From Octopus vulgaris (lineage: Eukaryota), in contig OX597823.1 of assembly GCA_951406725.2 (NCBI GenBank), positions 93,620,001 through 93,684,000 on the forward strand: 64,000 bases of DNA. The letters are read 5' to 3'. The position numbers were made by a program, and so were the translations under genes. The notes under the pieces are model-generated. The model was not told the DNA's origin and ran no database searches. It worked only from the letters and a program-made list of their open reading frames with translations. Each line of letters starts with the position of its first letter. Position 1 is the first letter of the stretch. Positions 1 to 14,285 of the stretch are shown here, one piece after another.

Positions 1-150
1 GATGTATTTACGTCTCGGTAACTTAGCGGTTCGGCAAAAGGGACCGATAGAATAAGTACTAGGCTTACAAAGAATAAGTCCTAGGGTCGATTTGCTCGAC
101 TAAAGGCGGTGCTCCAGATGACTGAAACAAGTAAAAGAGTAAAAGAGTAA
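1..150 (+). mobile_element. 3' half of tRNA-derived SINE (family A, internal microsatellite type)
   Basis: gtaacttagcggttcggcaaaa...gtcgatttgctcgactaaaggcggtgctccag...gactgaaacaagtaaaagagtaaaagag; the same sequence recurs many times in the window (e.g. 62690-62840, reverse at 51820-52320). Confidence 0.8.
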
Positions 151-587
151 TGGTACAGAGCTATTTTTACTCCATATTAGACTGCAAAACATACGTCTTA
201 CACCGACGTGGCTATGTTATAAGAAGACTGTTTCTCAACCAGATGCTTCCAGGTTCGGTCCCACTGCGGCACAATTGTCGCGGCATCAGGCAAAATGTTT
301 AGCGGTACGTCGTCTCAATTTAAGATTTGATTTCAAACGTTGCCGGGATCCATTTTACCTTTCTTCTTTTCGTGCTCGATGAAATAAGTACCCAGATTAG
401 CACGGGGACTGATGCAATTTACTTAACTCTTTCCTCGAAATTGCTGGCCGCGTGCCCAATATTTGACAATATTCAAACCCATTATCATAAATACATATAT
501 ATACATATATATACATACATATATGCGCATGTATTTCTTCATATATGTATATACATACTTATACATACAAACACACACTCACACACA

Positions 588-640
<53 letters not shown>

Positions 641-996
641 CACATTAATATTTCCTCAGATCAGAATAGATAAATTGTTATTTACTTACGAGGACGTCTG
701 AAAAAAAAAACTTATCATTATGACTATTAATAATTTTAAATGTATTCATGTTAATAATATCAGAGCGGAATTCTTTTAAAAAAGGAAGAAAAAAAAGCCA
801 AAGCTTGTTTAGTGAGATACATAGCGACATTATATAACGTAAAATTTTCTAACTAAATTTAACAGAAGCCCTGTTTTGGCTAGAAGTAAAGCGGAATAGA
901 ACTTTTTAAAAATCAATAAACCTTAATAGTGTGCGCTTGCGTGTGTGTGTGTGTTTTGTATACACACAGAGAGGAAAATAGATAGGTAGATAATTT

Positions 997-1039
<43 letters not shown>

Positions 1040-1178
1040 ACCTGTAAACATACACATAAATATATATAGAAAGAAAGATACATATGTGTGCATCTAGGCG
1101 TACGTTATATACGTATATATATATTCATACGTATATCTGCTTACATATCATATATATACATACTTGTATTCATATATA

Positions 1179-1214
<36 letters not shown>

Positions 1215-2223
1215 TGTATGTATGTATGTATGTATGTATGTATGTATGTGTGTGTTTTGTATGTATTACGTATATATATGAAATTCAGGAACGAAATATG
1301 AGTGAAAAATATATTTAATATTACCCAGATAATTTGCACACCACATATAAAGTGGAGAAAGAAAGAAATACATTAGGTGCCGAAGTTCTTTCTAAACCGA
1401 AAAAAAATATTATTTTTATTTGCTAGGAATTTTATGCAAGTAAGCTGTAATTTTTGATTGATTTTTACGTAATCCTGACATAATATAGTAGCAGTTATCT
1501 TCATTGAATTCTTGTGAATTAAATTTAGAAAGCTGAGGTGACTGGTATGAATTTTGTATATTAGATAGGGAGAATAGAGAAATATACCTGTGTTATTTAG
1601 ATAACATGTCTGTACGTAGCGAGATGTTATTAAATAACTGTGGTTTTCAACCTAGATCCAGATGACCCTGGAGTTTCCAGAAAATAATTTTGGAGCCTCT
1701 GCAAGTAAAACAGTAAATTGGTGACACAGCGAAATAAAGTGTCCCTGGAAAAAAATTGTTTTAGATGTAATTATTACAAGAAACATCTAGTTACTCCCAC
1801 GAACGTTCTATATAATTAGTTTCAAAAGCAAAATAGGGATCTATAAAATTAGTTTATGACCATCGAATGGATATGGGTGTCCGCCAATTATAGAATATTA
1901 AACAAAGTTGAGAAACCCCTGTGTAATTTACAGAACACCGTGTTATAACATAGATTTATTGTACTAGTGTGTTCTCTTTTTTCTTATTTCCACAACCAAG
2001 CATTGGTAGACCAAGAACTTTCTATCCGTAAAAATGGCTGACAATCAAAGCAATTATTTCCTTCCTCTGTTTCCAACGCTTAAGAAAGTAGAAAGTAGAC
2101 ATTCGCTCTTTAACGGTTCCTTTACAGATATTAGGCAATGTGTCGTCTGTAGAGAAGCCTATCTATACTTAGTATTAAACACCGTCAAATTATGATTCAC
2201 TCTCATACATACACACACATAAT

Positions 2224-2277
<54 letters not shown>

Positions 2278-2392
2278 ATTCAGATGAATATAGTACTTAA
2301 GTTAAAGGCACCAGAATTTGGTATGATATTATCCATATAAATCAACTGGGGTGATTATAATCAAAATAAGCAACAAGGATATCCAAAGGTAG

Positions 2393-2480
2393 TGTAGTAC
2401 AATCGTTTCATGCTACTTCATTTAATTAAATAATGTAAGAATTACATCAGTTTTAAAATGTAGAGCACTCTTCAGCCACA
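2393..2480 (-). ncRNA. Type I hammerhead ribozyme-like motif with long helix II (Penelope/retrozyme-like)
   Basis: Minus strand: tgtgg CTGAAGA gtgct...(long stem with tgatgtaa-ttc-ttacatta apex)...gtagcat GAAA cgattg TA ctaca; helix I tgtgg/ctaca, near-palindromic helix III. Confidence 0.65.
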
Positions 2481-2697
2481 TATGGATTTTTTAAAAATTA
2501 AATAGACAATGTTCATTTTTATATTTATTCCCTTTGCCAACATTACAAAATGGTAGATATATAGACAGAGAGGTGAATTTCATCAGTAAGAACATGATAG
2601 TAGATCTTTCCTCATGGGCAGATTTTATATATATATATAGGTGGGCAAAAGCGTACGTACGCCGCTATATGTATATATAACTATAAAAAATGGAACA

Positions 2698-2745
<48 letters not shown>

Positions 2746-2798
2746 GACAGACGACACAAAGTTGGACAGGAAAAAACAACAAATAGAGAAACAGGAAA

Positions 2799-2929
2799 AG
2801 TAGCAGTTTTTGTCATGCTTTTTCATATTTAATAATAAAGTATATATATATATACTTTATTATTAAAGATGAAAAAAACATGACAAAAACTGCTACTAAG
2901 AGTTTTACGTTCCTGTCCATCGGGCAGTT
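2799..2929. mobile_element. Inverted-repeat Penelope-like terminal fragment with degenerate hammerhead
   Basis: Imperfect palindrome 2799-2897 centred on (TA)n; minus strand 2888-2929 reads aactgc CCGATGG acaggaacgt AAAA ctcttag TA gcagtt (core mutated). Confidence 0.55.
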
Positions 2930-4133
2930 GTGATCCAGCATAGAATGAAAATTGAGGTTGTACGTATAATTTATATTTTGATGTGATTCCCATCGACAGA
3001 TACACATCTGTATCTGATTGGTTGTTTCCATAATGGTCTTTCCGAAGTATAAAATTTGAGACAATAAATAAACAAATAGAAAATAAAAATAAAATACAAA
3101 TAAAAAATAAACTATAAATGAAAATAAAATTACATAGATATCATGTTTTATAAAATCGAAGGAAACCTTGAGTCAAAAAGAAATTTTTCCGATATTTTTG
3201 TTATGTTTCTGAAGCTTTATCCGGTATTCGAGTACTATTTTTTCCGACCTTATTTCGCATTCATGTGCTTACACATGTATATATACCTGTTTACACACGC
3301 GTGCGCGAATACACACGCACATAAACATACATACTCACATACACACATACACACACACACACGCACATTTGAAATATTCTTCCTGAAAGAAACATTGGAT
3401 GTTAAAGATTCCTTTGATCTGCGCAATCCGGAATTACCAAGGACTACATAAATACAGGAAAGCTGCTAAGGTCGTAATCTTTACACTTTTGTTATATTCT
3501 TATTCATTGGTATTTTATCTAGCATTCCATTTGTCAAAAAAGGGTCTATTTTCTAAATTGGAATCAGAACATATTTCGAGGGGCATTTGGCTACCAACTT
3601 TAACAATATTCTCCGTTGTTTCGACAATGTGGGCGAAAATGCGCATATGTGCGTTTTATTTAGAGTTTTACATTGTTTTAGCTCTCTCGATTATAGTTAA
3701 GTATGGCAACTCATCATACTGATGACAAAAATATTTGTTCGTCATTGAATAGAAGAGAAAAAGTACGAAGAAGCTAAAGAACAGAGATGGGGGGGGGGCT
3801 ACTTGAAAGCGAGAGAGAGAGAGAGAAGGGGCAATGGGTGAGAAGAGGCATACTTTTTAATATTGAAAGTATTTAGTCAGATTACGTATGAATATATGTG
3901 AGAGGGGAAATTGTAATGGAGTGGGGAAAACAATAGTGAGATGACGTTAGCTTATGATAGAGACATAAATATACAAATAGGAAAACAAATGTTATTTTAA
4001 CTGGAAAGAAAAAGTTAGAGGATGAGAGATAAAATTATTATTAAATGGTATTTGTGTGCTAGCTGTACTTGTCTGTGTGTGTATGTATTCATTTGTGTGT
4101 GTTTGTTAGAAAGATAAAGATGGAAGAAATATA

Positions 4134-5408
4134 CAAGGGGCGTTCAATAAGTAATGCCCCTACCCACTTCCCATAGCAGTAGAGCAACGACACTTGGCAC
4201 AGTTATTAGTTTTTTTCTACATAGGAACCACCCAGAGTTACGCATTTCTACCATCGTTTGATGCAGCTCTGGAGACCGTTTTTGTAGAAGACCCCAGCTT
4301 GGTCCTCCAACCACGACGTGACTTCAGAAATCAAGGCTGCATCATCTGGGAAACGCTTTCCTTTCAAAAACAACTTCATAGCTGGGAAGAGGTGAAAATC
4401 AGAAGGTGCAAGGTCAGGAGAGTAGGGGGATGGGGGAGGAGTTCATAGCCACATGCCTGTGCTTCTGATCTGGCGACACGCGAGTTGTGGACCGGAGCGT
4501 TGTCCTGTAGGAGGAGGATGACTTTGCTGATCTTGCCCCGCCTCTTGATTTTGATAGCTTCTCTTAATTTCCTTAAAAGTGAAGCATAATAGGCTCCTGT
4601 AATTGTGGTACCCTTTGCCAGGAAATCTGTCATCACTACTCCGTCCTGGTCTCAGAAGAATGTGAGCATGACCTTGCCAGCAAGGGCTGCACCCTTGCCT
4701 TCTTTGGAGGGGGTGAGTCACGGTGCTTCCACTGCATTGACTGGGCTTTGGTCTCTGGATCATAGTGATGGACCCAGGTTTCATCCTGTGTAATCAGTCT
4801 TTTGAATAATGTTGACTCATCTTCTTGGCACATCTCCAAATTCATCTTCGAGCACTCGACGCGTTCTTGGTTCTGGAAAGGTGTGAGCAACCTAGGAATA
4901 CATCTGGCAGACACCTTTTGCATATGCAAATGGTCATGAATGATAGTTTCCAAAGACCCAGTACTAATCTTGACCTCATGGGCTATTTGGCGAATAGTTA
5001 TGCGTCGATCTTCCAAAATGGCAGCCTCAACTTGACGGACAGATGCCTCATCAATGGCAGAAGGAGGGAGCTGTTTTCACAGAGTTCCGACCATGTTTGA
5101 ATTCACGATGCCAGCGTTTTACAAGGTCATATGATGGGGCATCATCACCATAAGTTACTTTCATTTCATCAAAAGTCTCCCGTGGTGTGCGTCCTTTCAA
5201 ATACAAAAACGGATCACTGCTCGACACTCAACAGGCTCCATTTCACACTTGACTCAGTTCAAACACCTGTAAATCAGAAACCACAATTAGTTGAGAGCTG
5301 TAATTTGCTACTTCATCTATAGAGATATAAACAATTGCACATGCAAAATTTCAGCTAGATCAAACAAAGACAAGTGGGTCAGGGGCATTACTTATTGAAC
5401 GGCCCTCG
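4134..5408 (-). mobile_element. Full-length (1275 bp) mariner DNA transposon, defective
   Basis: ~36-bp TIRs caaggggcgttcaataagtaatgcccct-acccactt / aagtgggtcaggggcattacttattgaacggccctcg, with TA duplications at 4132-4133 and 5409-5410. Confidence 0.95.
4206..5241 (-). pseudogene. Mariner (DD34D-type) transposase, frameshifted
   Basis: Split ORFs give EDRRITIRQIAHEVKIS, ITQDETWVHHYDPETKAQSMQWK, TITGAYYASLLRKLREAIK, LLQDNAPVH and a C-terminal YVEK; ATG at 5241, stop at 4206. Confidence 0.92.
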
Positions 5409-5873
5409 TAAACGGAAGAAACCATAGAGAACTAGAGTCGCTAAGAAATCGGAGATGTTCTAAAAGTTGTTAGTGGAGGAGTATGTAGGAGACAAACAGA
5501 TAAAAGACATAGAGTTGTAATGAGTAAGGGTAAATATGTCGTTTTAATTAGAGAAAAGAGGAAAGAAACCCGGAACGTGCAGTGATAGATTCCATTCTTC
5601 TTAGTTCTATCGTTAGCAATGCAAACAGTTATTATCTAAGGTAAAGGAACGCAGTTTTCATCAATAACAAAACGGTTCTAGCTACAGAGGATTATGTTAT
5701 TAAAACTCTTGGCTGAGGCAAAGTTCCATTATCAGCTCAATTTCTTAAAATTGGTGTGTTAATTATGATTAAATTGAGAAAATAGAATAGGAAGTTGAGT
5801 GTGTAATGAACTGTGACGTAGTCAATGTATTTTGGACGCAATTAATATGATGTGAATTCTCTTTCTCTCTCTC

Positions 5874-5925
<52 letters not shown>

Positions 5926-7169
5926 AAGATCACTGAAGTTAAGAAACAAATATATGTGTTTAGCAATATGGAAACACTTGTGCGTCTGTATAAAATCATA
6001 AACACGTAAAAAGATGTACATATTCCTTTATTGATCCCATGTTTGTAAATATGAGCAGAATACAAAATTGTCGACAAATTAGACAGTATTGCTCCTTCGT
6101 TACGCAACCTATTCCTTCTTTAAATATAAAAAAAGTTTGAATTCATAGTGGACCTGCTGAAGAATGTTTAATTTGCGAGATGAATTTCTTGGTAAAACGA
6201 CATGCACGAATTCATTAAATCAGGTGAATATAAGACATTATAGTCACTTGTTCAACAGATGTACTTCAAAGTGAAGGCATTTGTTGGTGATCTCTGATCT
6301 AACATTTTGATATTCATCAGATCTACTGACTTTTATAAGTGTAATTTAAAATTTGTTTGTACTATTTATGTATAATTTATGTGCATCAAAACATCTTCTC
6401 TTATCTGTAATGCAATGATCCTAATTTCCAATATTGAGGATTAAACAACTAACTTCTGTACGTACGAATTCTTTACATTGTCGAAAAAGCTATGCAATAA
6501 CATCATAGCGACATCATGTTTATGCGTTGCTGTTGGCATCTGTCTTATAGTTGACCGATTCAGCATAATATGTCTGTAGAATGTATTTCCACAACAATAT
6601 TTTGTGACGTTTATTTTATCAATAATCGTACATATGCTTCGGTATGAAAATATATAGGCTTCTAATATTTTTGGAATGAAAGTAAATAAATTTTGTACAA
6701 ATTCTTTTGAATTATTCCTGTAAGTATGGTTAATTGGGAACTGTTTATTTTCTTAGGTCACGAGAGTGTTTGCTAAATTAGTTTTATCGTTTAGAGGGAA
6801 GGTTGCTGAGAATGCAGAATATTTCATTATTGTTTTCTCTTAGTGAGAAGTGAAAGGAAAGATGAACACTTAATCCTTTTGTTTAATGTAAATCTAATGA
6901 ATTCATTCCAATGGAATCACATATTCCTGCGTTGTACGAATCGGGGCTGGGGATTTTGCATCTTTTACCGCTTAGTATGTTTAACAGCTGTTTGTCTTCT
7001 ATATATAACAATGTCTTTATCGCAGCAATCTATGCGTTACCTAATTCTAGAGCACCGCTGAGTGAAGCTTTTCATATACAATGACAGAAGTCGACAATGC
7101 AGAACTGGATACATTTCTAGACATTCTATTGTTCGAGTATACAGAGTAGCGGCTTCTGCTGTTACTCCT

Positions 7170-7728
<559 letters not shown>

Positions 7729-8011
7729 TACTAGAGACGGAATTCGGTAGCTGCTTGCCGCGCTACTATTACCATTAACGATAAGTATTCTTTCAGATAT
7801 TTTCCTAATTAATCCGATCTGCGTTTTTCAGGGTAGATAAATCAACATTTCGAATTACTGGCTAAATTCCGTTCTGGTTTTCGGTTGTGATATAAGCTTT
7901 GTGTTTAGATAAACATTCTTATCTCTTATCCAACATAAGTTTCTGAGTAATGCTTTCGCTTCATTATTTAAACTTTTATAATCTTCTGAGCCAGACCTTT
8001 TACATAGTTGG

Positions 8012-8078
<67 letters not shown>

Positions 8079-8789
8079 TTTGTTAGAAGTTATATTAGTT
8101 ACACTTTACTGCACAGAAGTATTTGCTTTTTCAGAATAGTATGAATTCATGTTTATTTCTCTTTCTTAAAATTTCAAATATGACAGAGCTAAATCTTGTT
8201 TCTATCGTACTCATACACTGACAGAATTTTCGTGTAGATTATTATATCTAAGGCGTCGCATACAAATGGAATTAGTTTGTTGATGCTTGGCAGAAATTCG
8301 CGCTTTTTTTTATACAAATTAATCTGTTCCACAAATAATATTCTTCTTACATCCGAAAAACACTATATCACGAGGTTATTAAACACACAATATGATATTG
8401 TTGAGCGTATACATGACTCAAAAGCAAACGATTCCTCTACTTATCACTTTGGTATAAAAACAAATATCTTCCAAAGTTTGGATCACACTTGGTTGTTCTT
8501 TTTCGTCCTTTTTCTTGTTTTGTTTTTCAGTATAAGTTGCTATGTAATGAGAGCAACGTGGTCTTGTTTTTTCTCAAGTCAATTTCAAGGAAGAGATCTA
8601 GAACATGAATCGATCATAAAGACACGAAATATAATTATTAAGAAACGATACGTAATAAATATTAAATCAATTATTCAGTAAGCATTCTGAATGTGTTCGC
8701 ATAAAAAAACTGCTTTCAACAATGAAAATATATATACATACAGACACACATATATATAAATACACACACAAATGTATACATATTTATTT

Positions 8790-8975
8790 TTTTATTGCCT
8801 ACAGGGGGCTAAACATAGAAGGGACAAACAAGGACAGACAAACGGATTAAGTCAATTATATAGACCGCAGTGGGTAACTGTTACTTATTCCTCGGTGGAA
8901 TTTGAATTCAGAACGTAACGGCAGACGAAATACCATTAACCATTTCGTCCGGCATGCTAACGTTTCTGCCAGCTG
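8790..8975 (-). mobile_element. SINE family B (Meta-domain-like), internally deleted
   Basis: Matches copies at 26275-26505 and 55395-55620 (ggggctaaacatag...cggaatttgaactcagaacgtaacggcagacgaaatac...ctgccagct). Confidence 0.75.
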
Positions 8976-9699
8976 TGTATGTATAATAATGTGTGTATGT
9001 GGGTGTGTATGAGTGTATGTATGTCTTACTTTGGGTTTTGCTTAAGTTCTCATTCAGAGAGTTCAAACAGATCGTTAACAAAGCGACGAAATTATTTTGG
9101 TAAAGACGGTTCTCAGTGTTTGTAAATATGTAGGCTATGGTTTGTTACTTGCGCTGTCGATGCACACACCCAGGTCTATTTATCTGCTTCTCTAAAGAAT
9201 TTCAGATGGGGAATCTTTGGAATGTCTTGCATATCATCACTGTGCCACTGATTAGATTTGGAGAATCCGTATCAGTTTCTATTGTTCTTCTTTGAAAAGC
9301 CTAGTACTTCTAGGCTTTTGTGTAAATATATTAGTACAATATATGCGTATGGGTGAATGAGTGTTTGTATGTATGCATAGAAATGTCACATTTATGATTT
9401 TAATTTACGGTTAATTTAGGAACAACTGCTGGGCATTTCGTGAAGGAGAGCTTGAATATTCAGACTAGAGATGTATTTACTATGACATCCGAGATGAAAG
9501 AAACCTTTGTCTGACACATTATTAGCAGAGCGTGGATTGAATAAAGCATCACTTAACGGGCAACGTCCATGGACATCATTGTCGCTATTGCTGTTGTCAC
9601 CATTGTCCTTGTTTTCAAAAGAAGCATGGACGTTGTCGTAATCGGCATTAATCTCCGCTTCCAAGTCATCTTCGTCCTCATCGTTATCTTCCACCTCAT

Positions 9700-10140
9700 C
9701 TTCCCCATCATCGCCATTCTCATCGTCGTCAACAACATCATCATCATCATATTCAATTTTGACGTCAACAACGATGATGAGAGCAGAAGAGCAACGAGAA
9801 AAGCAATAAGAGCAACAATTAGCGGGAAAAGAAGTTGATAATGAAGAGGAAGAGGGAAGAAAAAGAAGAAAAAGAAGAAGAAGAAGAAGAAGAAGAAGAA
9901 GAAGAAGAAGAAGAAACATCAACGACAAGAACAAGAAACAAAAGAAGAAAGGGTGATGTTGATAATGATGATGATGATGATGATGATGATGACGACGACA
10001 GCGACGATAATGATGATGGTAATTATAATGATGATGACGGTGATGATGATTATAATGATGATGACTATGATGATTAAAATGATTATGACGAACAAGATTA
10101 TAACGATGATGACGATGATGGTGATGATGATGACGACCAA
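9700..10140. repeat. Compound (CAT)/(GAA)/(GAT) trinucleotide low-complexity tract
   Basis: Direct reading; produces the poly-D/E/H/M pseudo-ORFs. Confidence 0.9.
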
Positions 10141-10545
10141 TGACACGGGAAGGAAGAAAGAACAAATGTCAACAAAAAAATGTAGAAAAATATTACAAAG
10201 AAACCAAATATATATTTTCCACACTAACAAGGAACTAAACAATCTCCAATAATAATATGTGTGTGTGTGTATCTGTCTGTCTGTCATATATAGTACATGT
10301 ATATAATTGATCATTATATTTTTTCATGATTTATCTTCAATGATACTTGACGAAAGAGAAGGCACATTAACCACAATGGTCTAACCCGAAGGATTTTGCT
10401 GTCGTTAGTGTGTGAGTAAATCTCGGATTAAATACCGTTCATTGCTTTACTTAAGACATTCTGGAGACAGTCAGGTGGCCTCTATTTATATATTTAATAT
10501 ATCTAATTGGTTTCTTAAGGCTTCAAGCAGAGACTGTCATTTAAC

Positions 10546-10908
<363 letters not shown>

Positions 10909-11784
10909 CACACAGACAGAACGTGAATATCAGTCACATTTGAAGCTCAAAACGTTTAAGAAAATCCACTTGGTCGCTCCACTGCTATTATTTTTTCCCG
11001 AGGTCTGGCACTTTGAAACTTGTATATAAACATGCATATACCTCTTATATATATATTTATGTATATACATGCATAAACATTATGTGTATGTGTGTGTGTG
11101 TGTGTGTGCATGATTTTATGTGAAATGATCGATATAGTAAACGGGTGTGTTCTTGAAGCACCATTAATTTGATCATTTGTTCAACAGCATGCAAGTGTAA
11201 TTGCGGTATTTAGGATTTCAATTACGAAAAGCGGATAGCCTGCGAGTAAGTCATTTACCTGTTTTATTGTTTTCCCTTAATATATAATTTCGTTTTACTT
11301 TTATTTGTAAGCTAGTTATTCTATTTCTCACATGCCTTCTGTATAGAAAAGCGATGCATGTTTAACTATCTATCTATCTTTCTATATAGGTGTGTGTGAG
11401 CGTGAGCGTGTTTGTGTGTAACACTTTTAAATAGCTTCAGGATGTGAGCTGAAGCCATACAGCCATGCAACTTCGTTACATCTTCACTAGTTGAATCTTC
11501 TTGCGAGATGTGGCATTTGGTGAACCAGTGAGTTTGATTCTGTCCTTATCTGCATTTCGTGTTGTGCGAGTACCTGATCCTGAGCCCTTAACGGGGAAGA
11601 AATCCAGCCTTCTCTTGGATACACCTACAATCCATCTCACGCATTTTCCGCGGGCCTTTTTGGGAGGATAATCAAGAATTTCCTCACGAATTCACTTCTT
11701 GCTGTTGTTGTTGTGTCGTTCGTTATGTCTTCTTAACATTCACGTTTCGAAATTCGACTAATTGATATTAATGATTTTATATTT

Positions 11785-12005
11785 TACTGTTTTCAGTCCT
11801 AAGTGCACGACCATAATGGAGCAGTACCTCGACGAATTTTCATCAAGCGAATCGAACCCTGAACTTATTTTTTTTTTAATTTGGCACTTAGTGTATCGAG
11901 CTCTTATGCCGAACCGTTAAGTTACGTGGACGTAAATACACCAACACCGGTAGTCATGCAATGGTGGGTGATAAACGCAGACACTAAGGCGCGCGAACAC
12001 ACATA
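11785..12005 (-). mobile_element. SINE family A, diverged 3' part
   Basis: gccgaaccgttaagttacgtggacgtaaatacaccaacaccgg is the reverse complement of the family A body. Confidence 0.65.
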
Positions 12006-13514
12006 TAATGCTTCTGCCAGCTCGGTGCCTAACAAATACCGATTTCAAATTCTTGCACAAGGCCAGCAATTTCGCAGGAGGAGATAAGTCATTTACGCTG
12101 ACCCGCAGTAATCAGCTGGTACTTGTTTTAATTACTCTAAAAGAATGAAAACCAAATCACATTTTGCGAAAATTGAACATAGTACGTAAATACAGACGAA
12201 AGGCATTTTGTCCGGTACACAGGTACAAATACCGCTTTAAAAGTTCGACACACGGCCATCAGGATCGATGGAGCGAGTAAGCTGTTTAATATCGAACCCC
12301 GTACTGCCTTACACCGGCACAAATACTGCATTGTATTCCTAAGACTTAATATGTTTTATACATATGAGTTTTGTTGTAAGAAAAGAGTTAATATCAGTAA
12401 ACGCTGAATCTGCAATGCAGTGTCACTCTCCAGTCGATGTCATTTGACTAAATCATAAATTTTATAAAACTATGTTATCGATCTTTTTAAGAAATCAATA
12501 GATTCATCACCATAAGCATTTTTGCCATAAAGTTTAGCCGAAAGTTACATCTGAGCGTCCTCGGCGAGGTTTGCTTTTGTGCTTTTCTCGTCTCGTCTAT
12601 TCAGAGTTCACCTTTCGTTCTCTATTCTTTCCTCATATATCTTATCTCACATCAGAATGTCTCTTATTCTTTTTTACCTGTTTTAGGCACGTGATTTGTT
12701 TCCGATCTGACCGTCCTGGTTTTAGTCTTTTGTTTAGTTTTATTATTGTACTTCAAAATTTTATCTATTGTTCTTTTTCCTCTTTCGTTTTTGTCCCAAA
12801 CATTACATTGTATTCAATATGTCATTGAGGAAAAACTGGCTAATGATTATCATCGAGCAATTCTGATCCTCTATCCTTCTAATCAAAATGTTTCCGGTAG
12901 TGATCATCCATTTTTTTCTATCCTTTTATACGTAGTTGTTTTTCAGTGAATTTCTTCAGACTTTCTATGGAATGTAGAGCCTGCACTGAAAGTTACGTTT
13001 CGTGTACGAATACGGCCATGTAAACAGTGTGATCGAAGATACGAAATTAGGTAATGGGTCTATATTTACGTTGCAGGAGTTATTACTTCTCCTCCAGCGC
13101 TATATCCAGCCCATTAACTATGCATGAAGACACTATTTAACAGCCACTAAATTTAAGTCTAACACAATTGGATATAAAAGGAAGCACCGCTAACGCAAAC
13201 AGAACAAAGTGATCGCTTATAAACCCGCAATATACTTCAGAGAATACAGTTGCAAAACTACCTGCAATTAATTTATATATGGTAAATACAGTTCCTGGAG
13301 TACAGATTCAAGTAGAGAATCAAAAATAATAAAGGGCAGTAAGGAGAAGGCGACACGGAATACAAAGGTTTACACTAGCTCCTGTGTCTGCTGTTACGTG
13401 CCTCCACTTTAACTGTGATCATATACGTCACCTCAGAAATCAAAACACTGCTGCTGATAATCTGATCATCTTCAGATTACATTCTTTCAATATATATCTT
13501 CTGTCTTTAATCGT

Positions 13515-13757
13515 TTATTTGTTTCAGGCATTGAACTGCGGCCGTGCTGGGGTACCGCATGGAGGACGTTTAATAAAATGAGGAATGAATTGACCCCAGT
13601 AGGTTAGTTATCTTTTTTTTAAGTCTGGTAAATACCAGACTTAAAAAAAAGATAACTATAGGTCTGTTTGACCGAATGGCTAAGTTATAGGGATGTAAAC
13701 ACACGAACACTGGTTGGCAAGAAGTGGTGGGGGATAAACACAAACACCAAAGACAAA

Positions 13758-13760
<3 letters not shown>
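13515..13760 (-). mobile_element. SINE family A 3' part
   Basis: ttgtttcaggcattgaactgcggccgtgctgg...ccgaatggctaagttatagggatgtaaacac. Confidence 0.7.
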
Positions 13761-13831
<71 letters not shown>

Positions 13832-13892
13832 CACATATATATATATATATAAGCTTTAGTCTTATATTTAGACACCTGCGGGTCTGACTACG

Positions 13893-13933
13893 CTGCATTG
13901 ATAAAGAGCAACAACCCTGAAACATGTCTGCAG
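13893..13933 (+). ncRNA. Minimal type I hammerhead motif, U3-A8 core variant (copy 1)
   Basis: ctgca TTGATAA agagcaacaaccct GAAA catg TC tgcag; helix I ctgca/tgcag, palindromic helix III ACATGT, GUC triplet. Confidence 0.7.
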
Positions 13934-14244
13934 ATGTCTGACTAGCAAGGTGAAGCGGCAACTGTTCGAAGGTTGTAATGGACGCAGGTTCGTGTGTCAT
14001 ATAGCTAGCTAGAAGCGATGGTCTCTTAGAGCTAATCAGCGACAGCTTTAGTCTTATATTTAGACTGCCATATTAGTATGGCGATAACTATTAACATCCA
14101 GTAACGCTGCCGTAATCTCCTTTAGAGAAACTTAGTAATTTTAATATTTCTATTATTGAAAACAAGTGGATGTATTCCACTGTAACTAGGTAAATAAAAT
14201 CTTCGAACAGACGTTCAGTAGCGACACCTGCGGGTCTGACTACG

Positions 14245-14285
14245 CTGCATTGATAAAGGGCAACAACCCTGAAACATGCCCGCAG
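14245..14285 (+). ncRNA. Minimal type I hammerhead motif, U3-A8 core variant (copy 2, cleavage site mutated)
   Basis: ctgca TTGATAA aggg-caacaa-ccct GAAA catg CC cgcag; perfect helix II but U16.1->C. Confidence 0.6.

Noticed and set aside
9416-10314. 249-aa His/Asp/Glu-rich ORF and overlapping ORFs
   Set aside because: Open in several frames on both strands because of trinucleotide repeats; no domain similarity or clear splice structure
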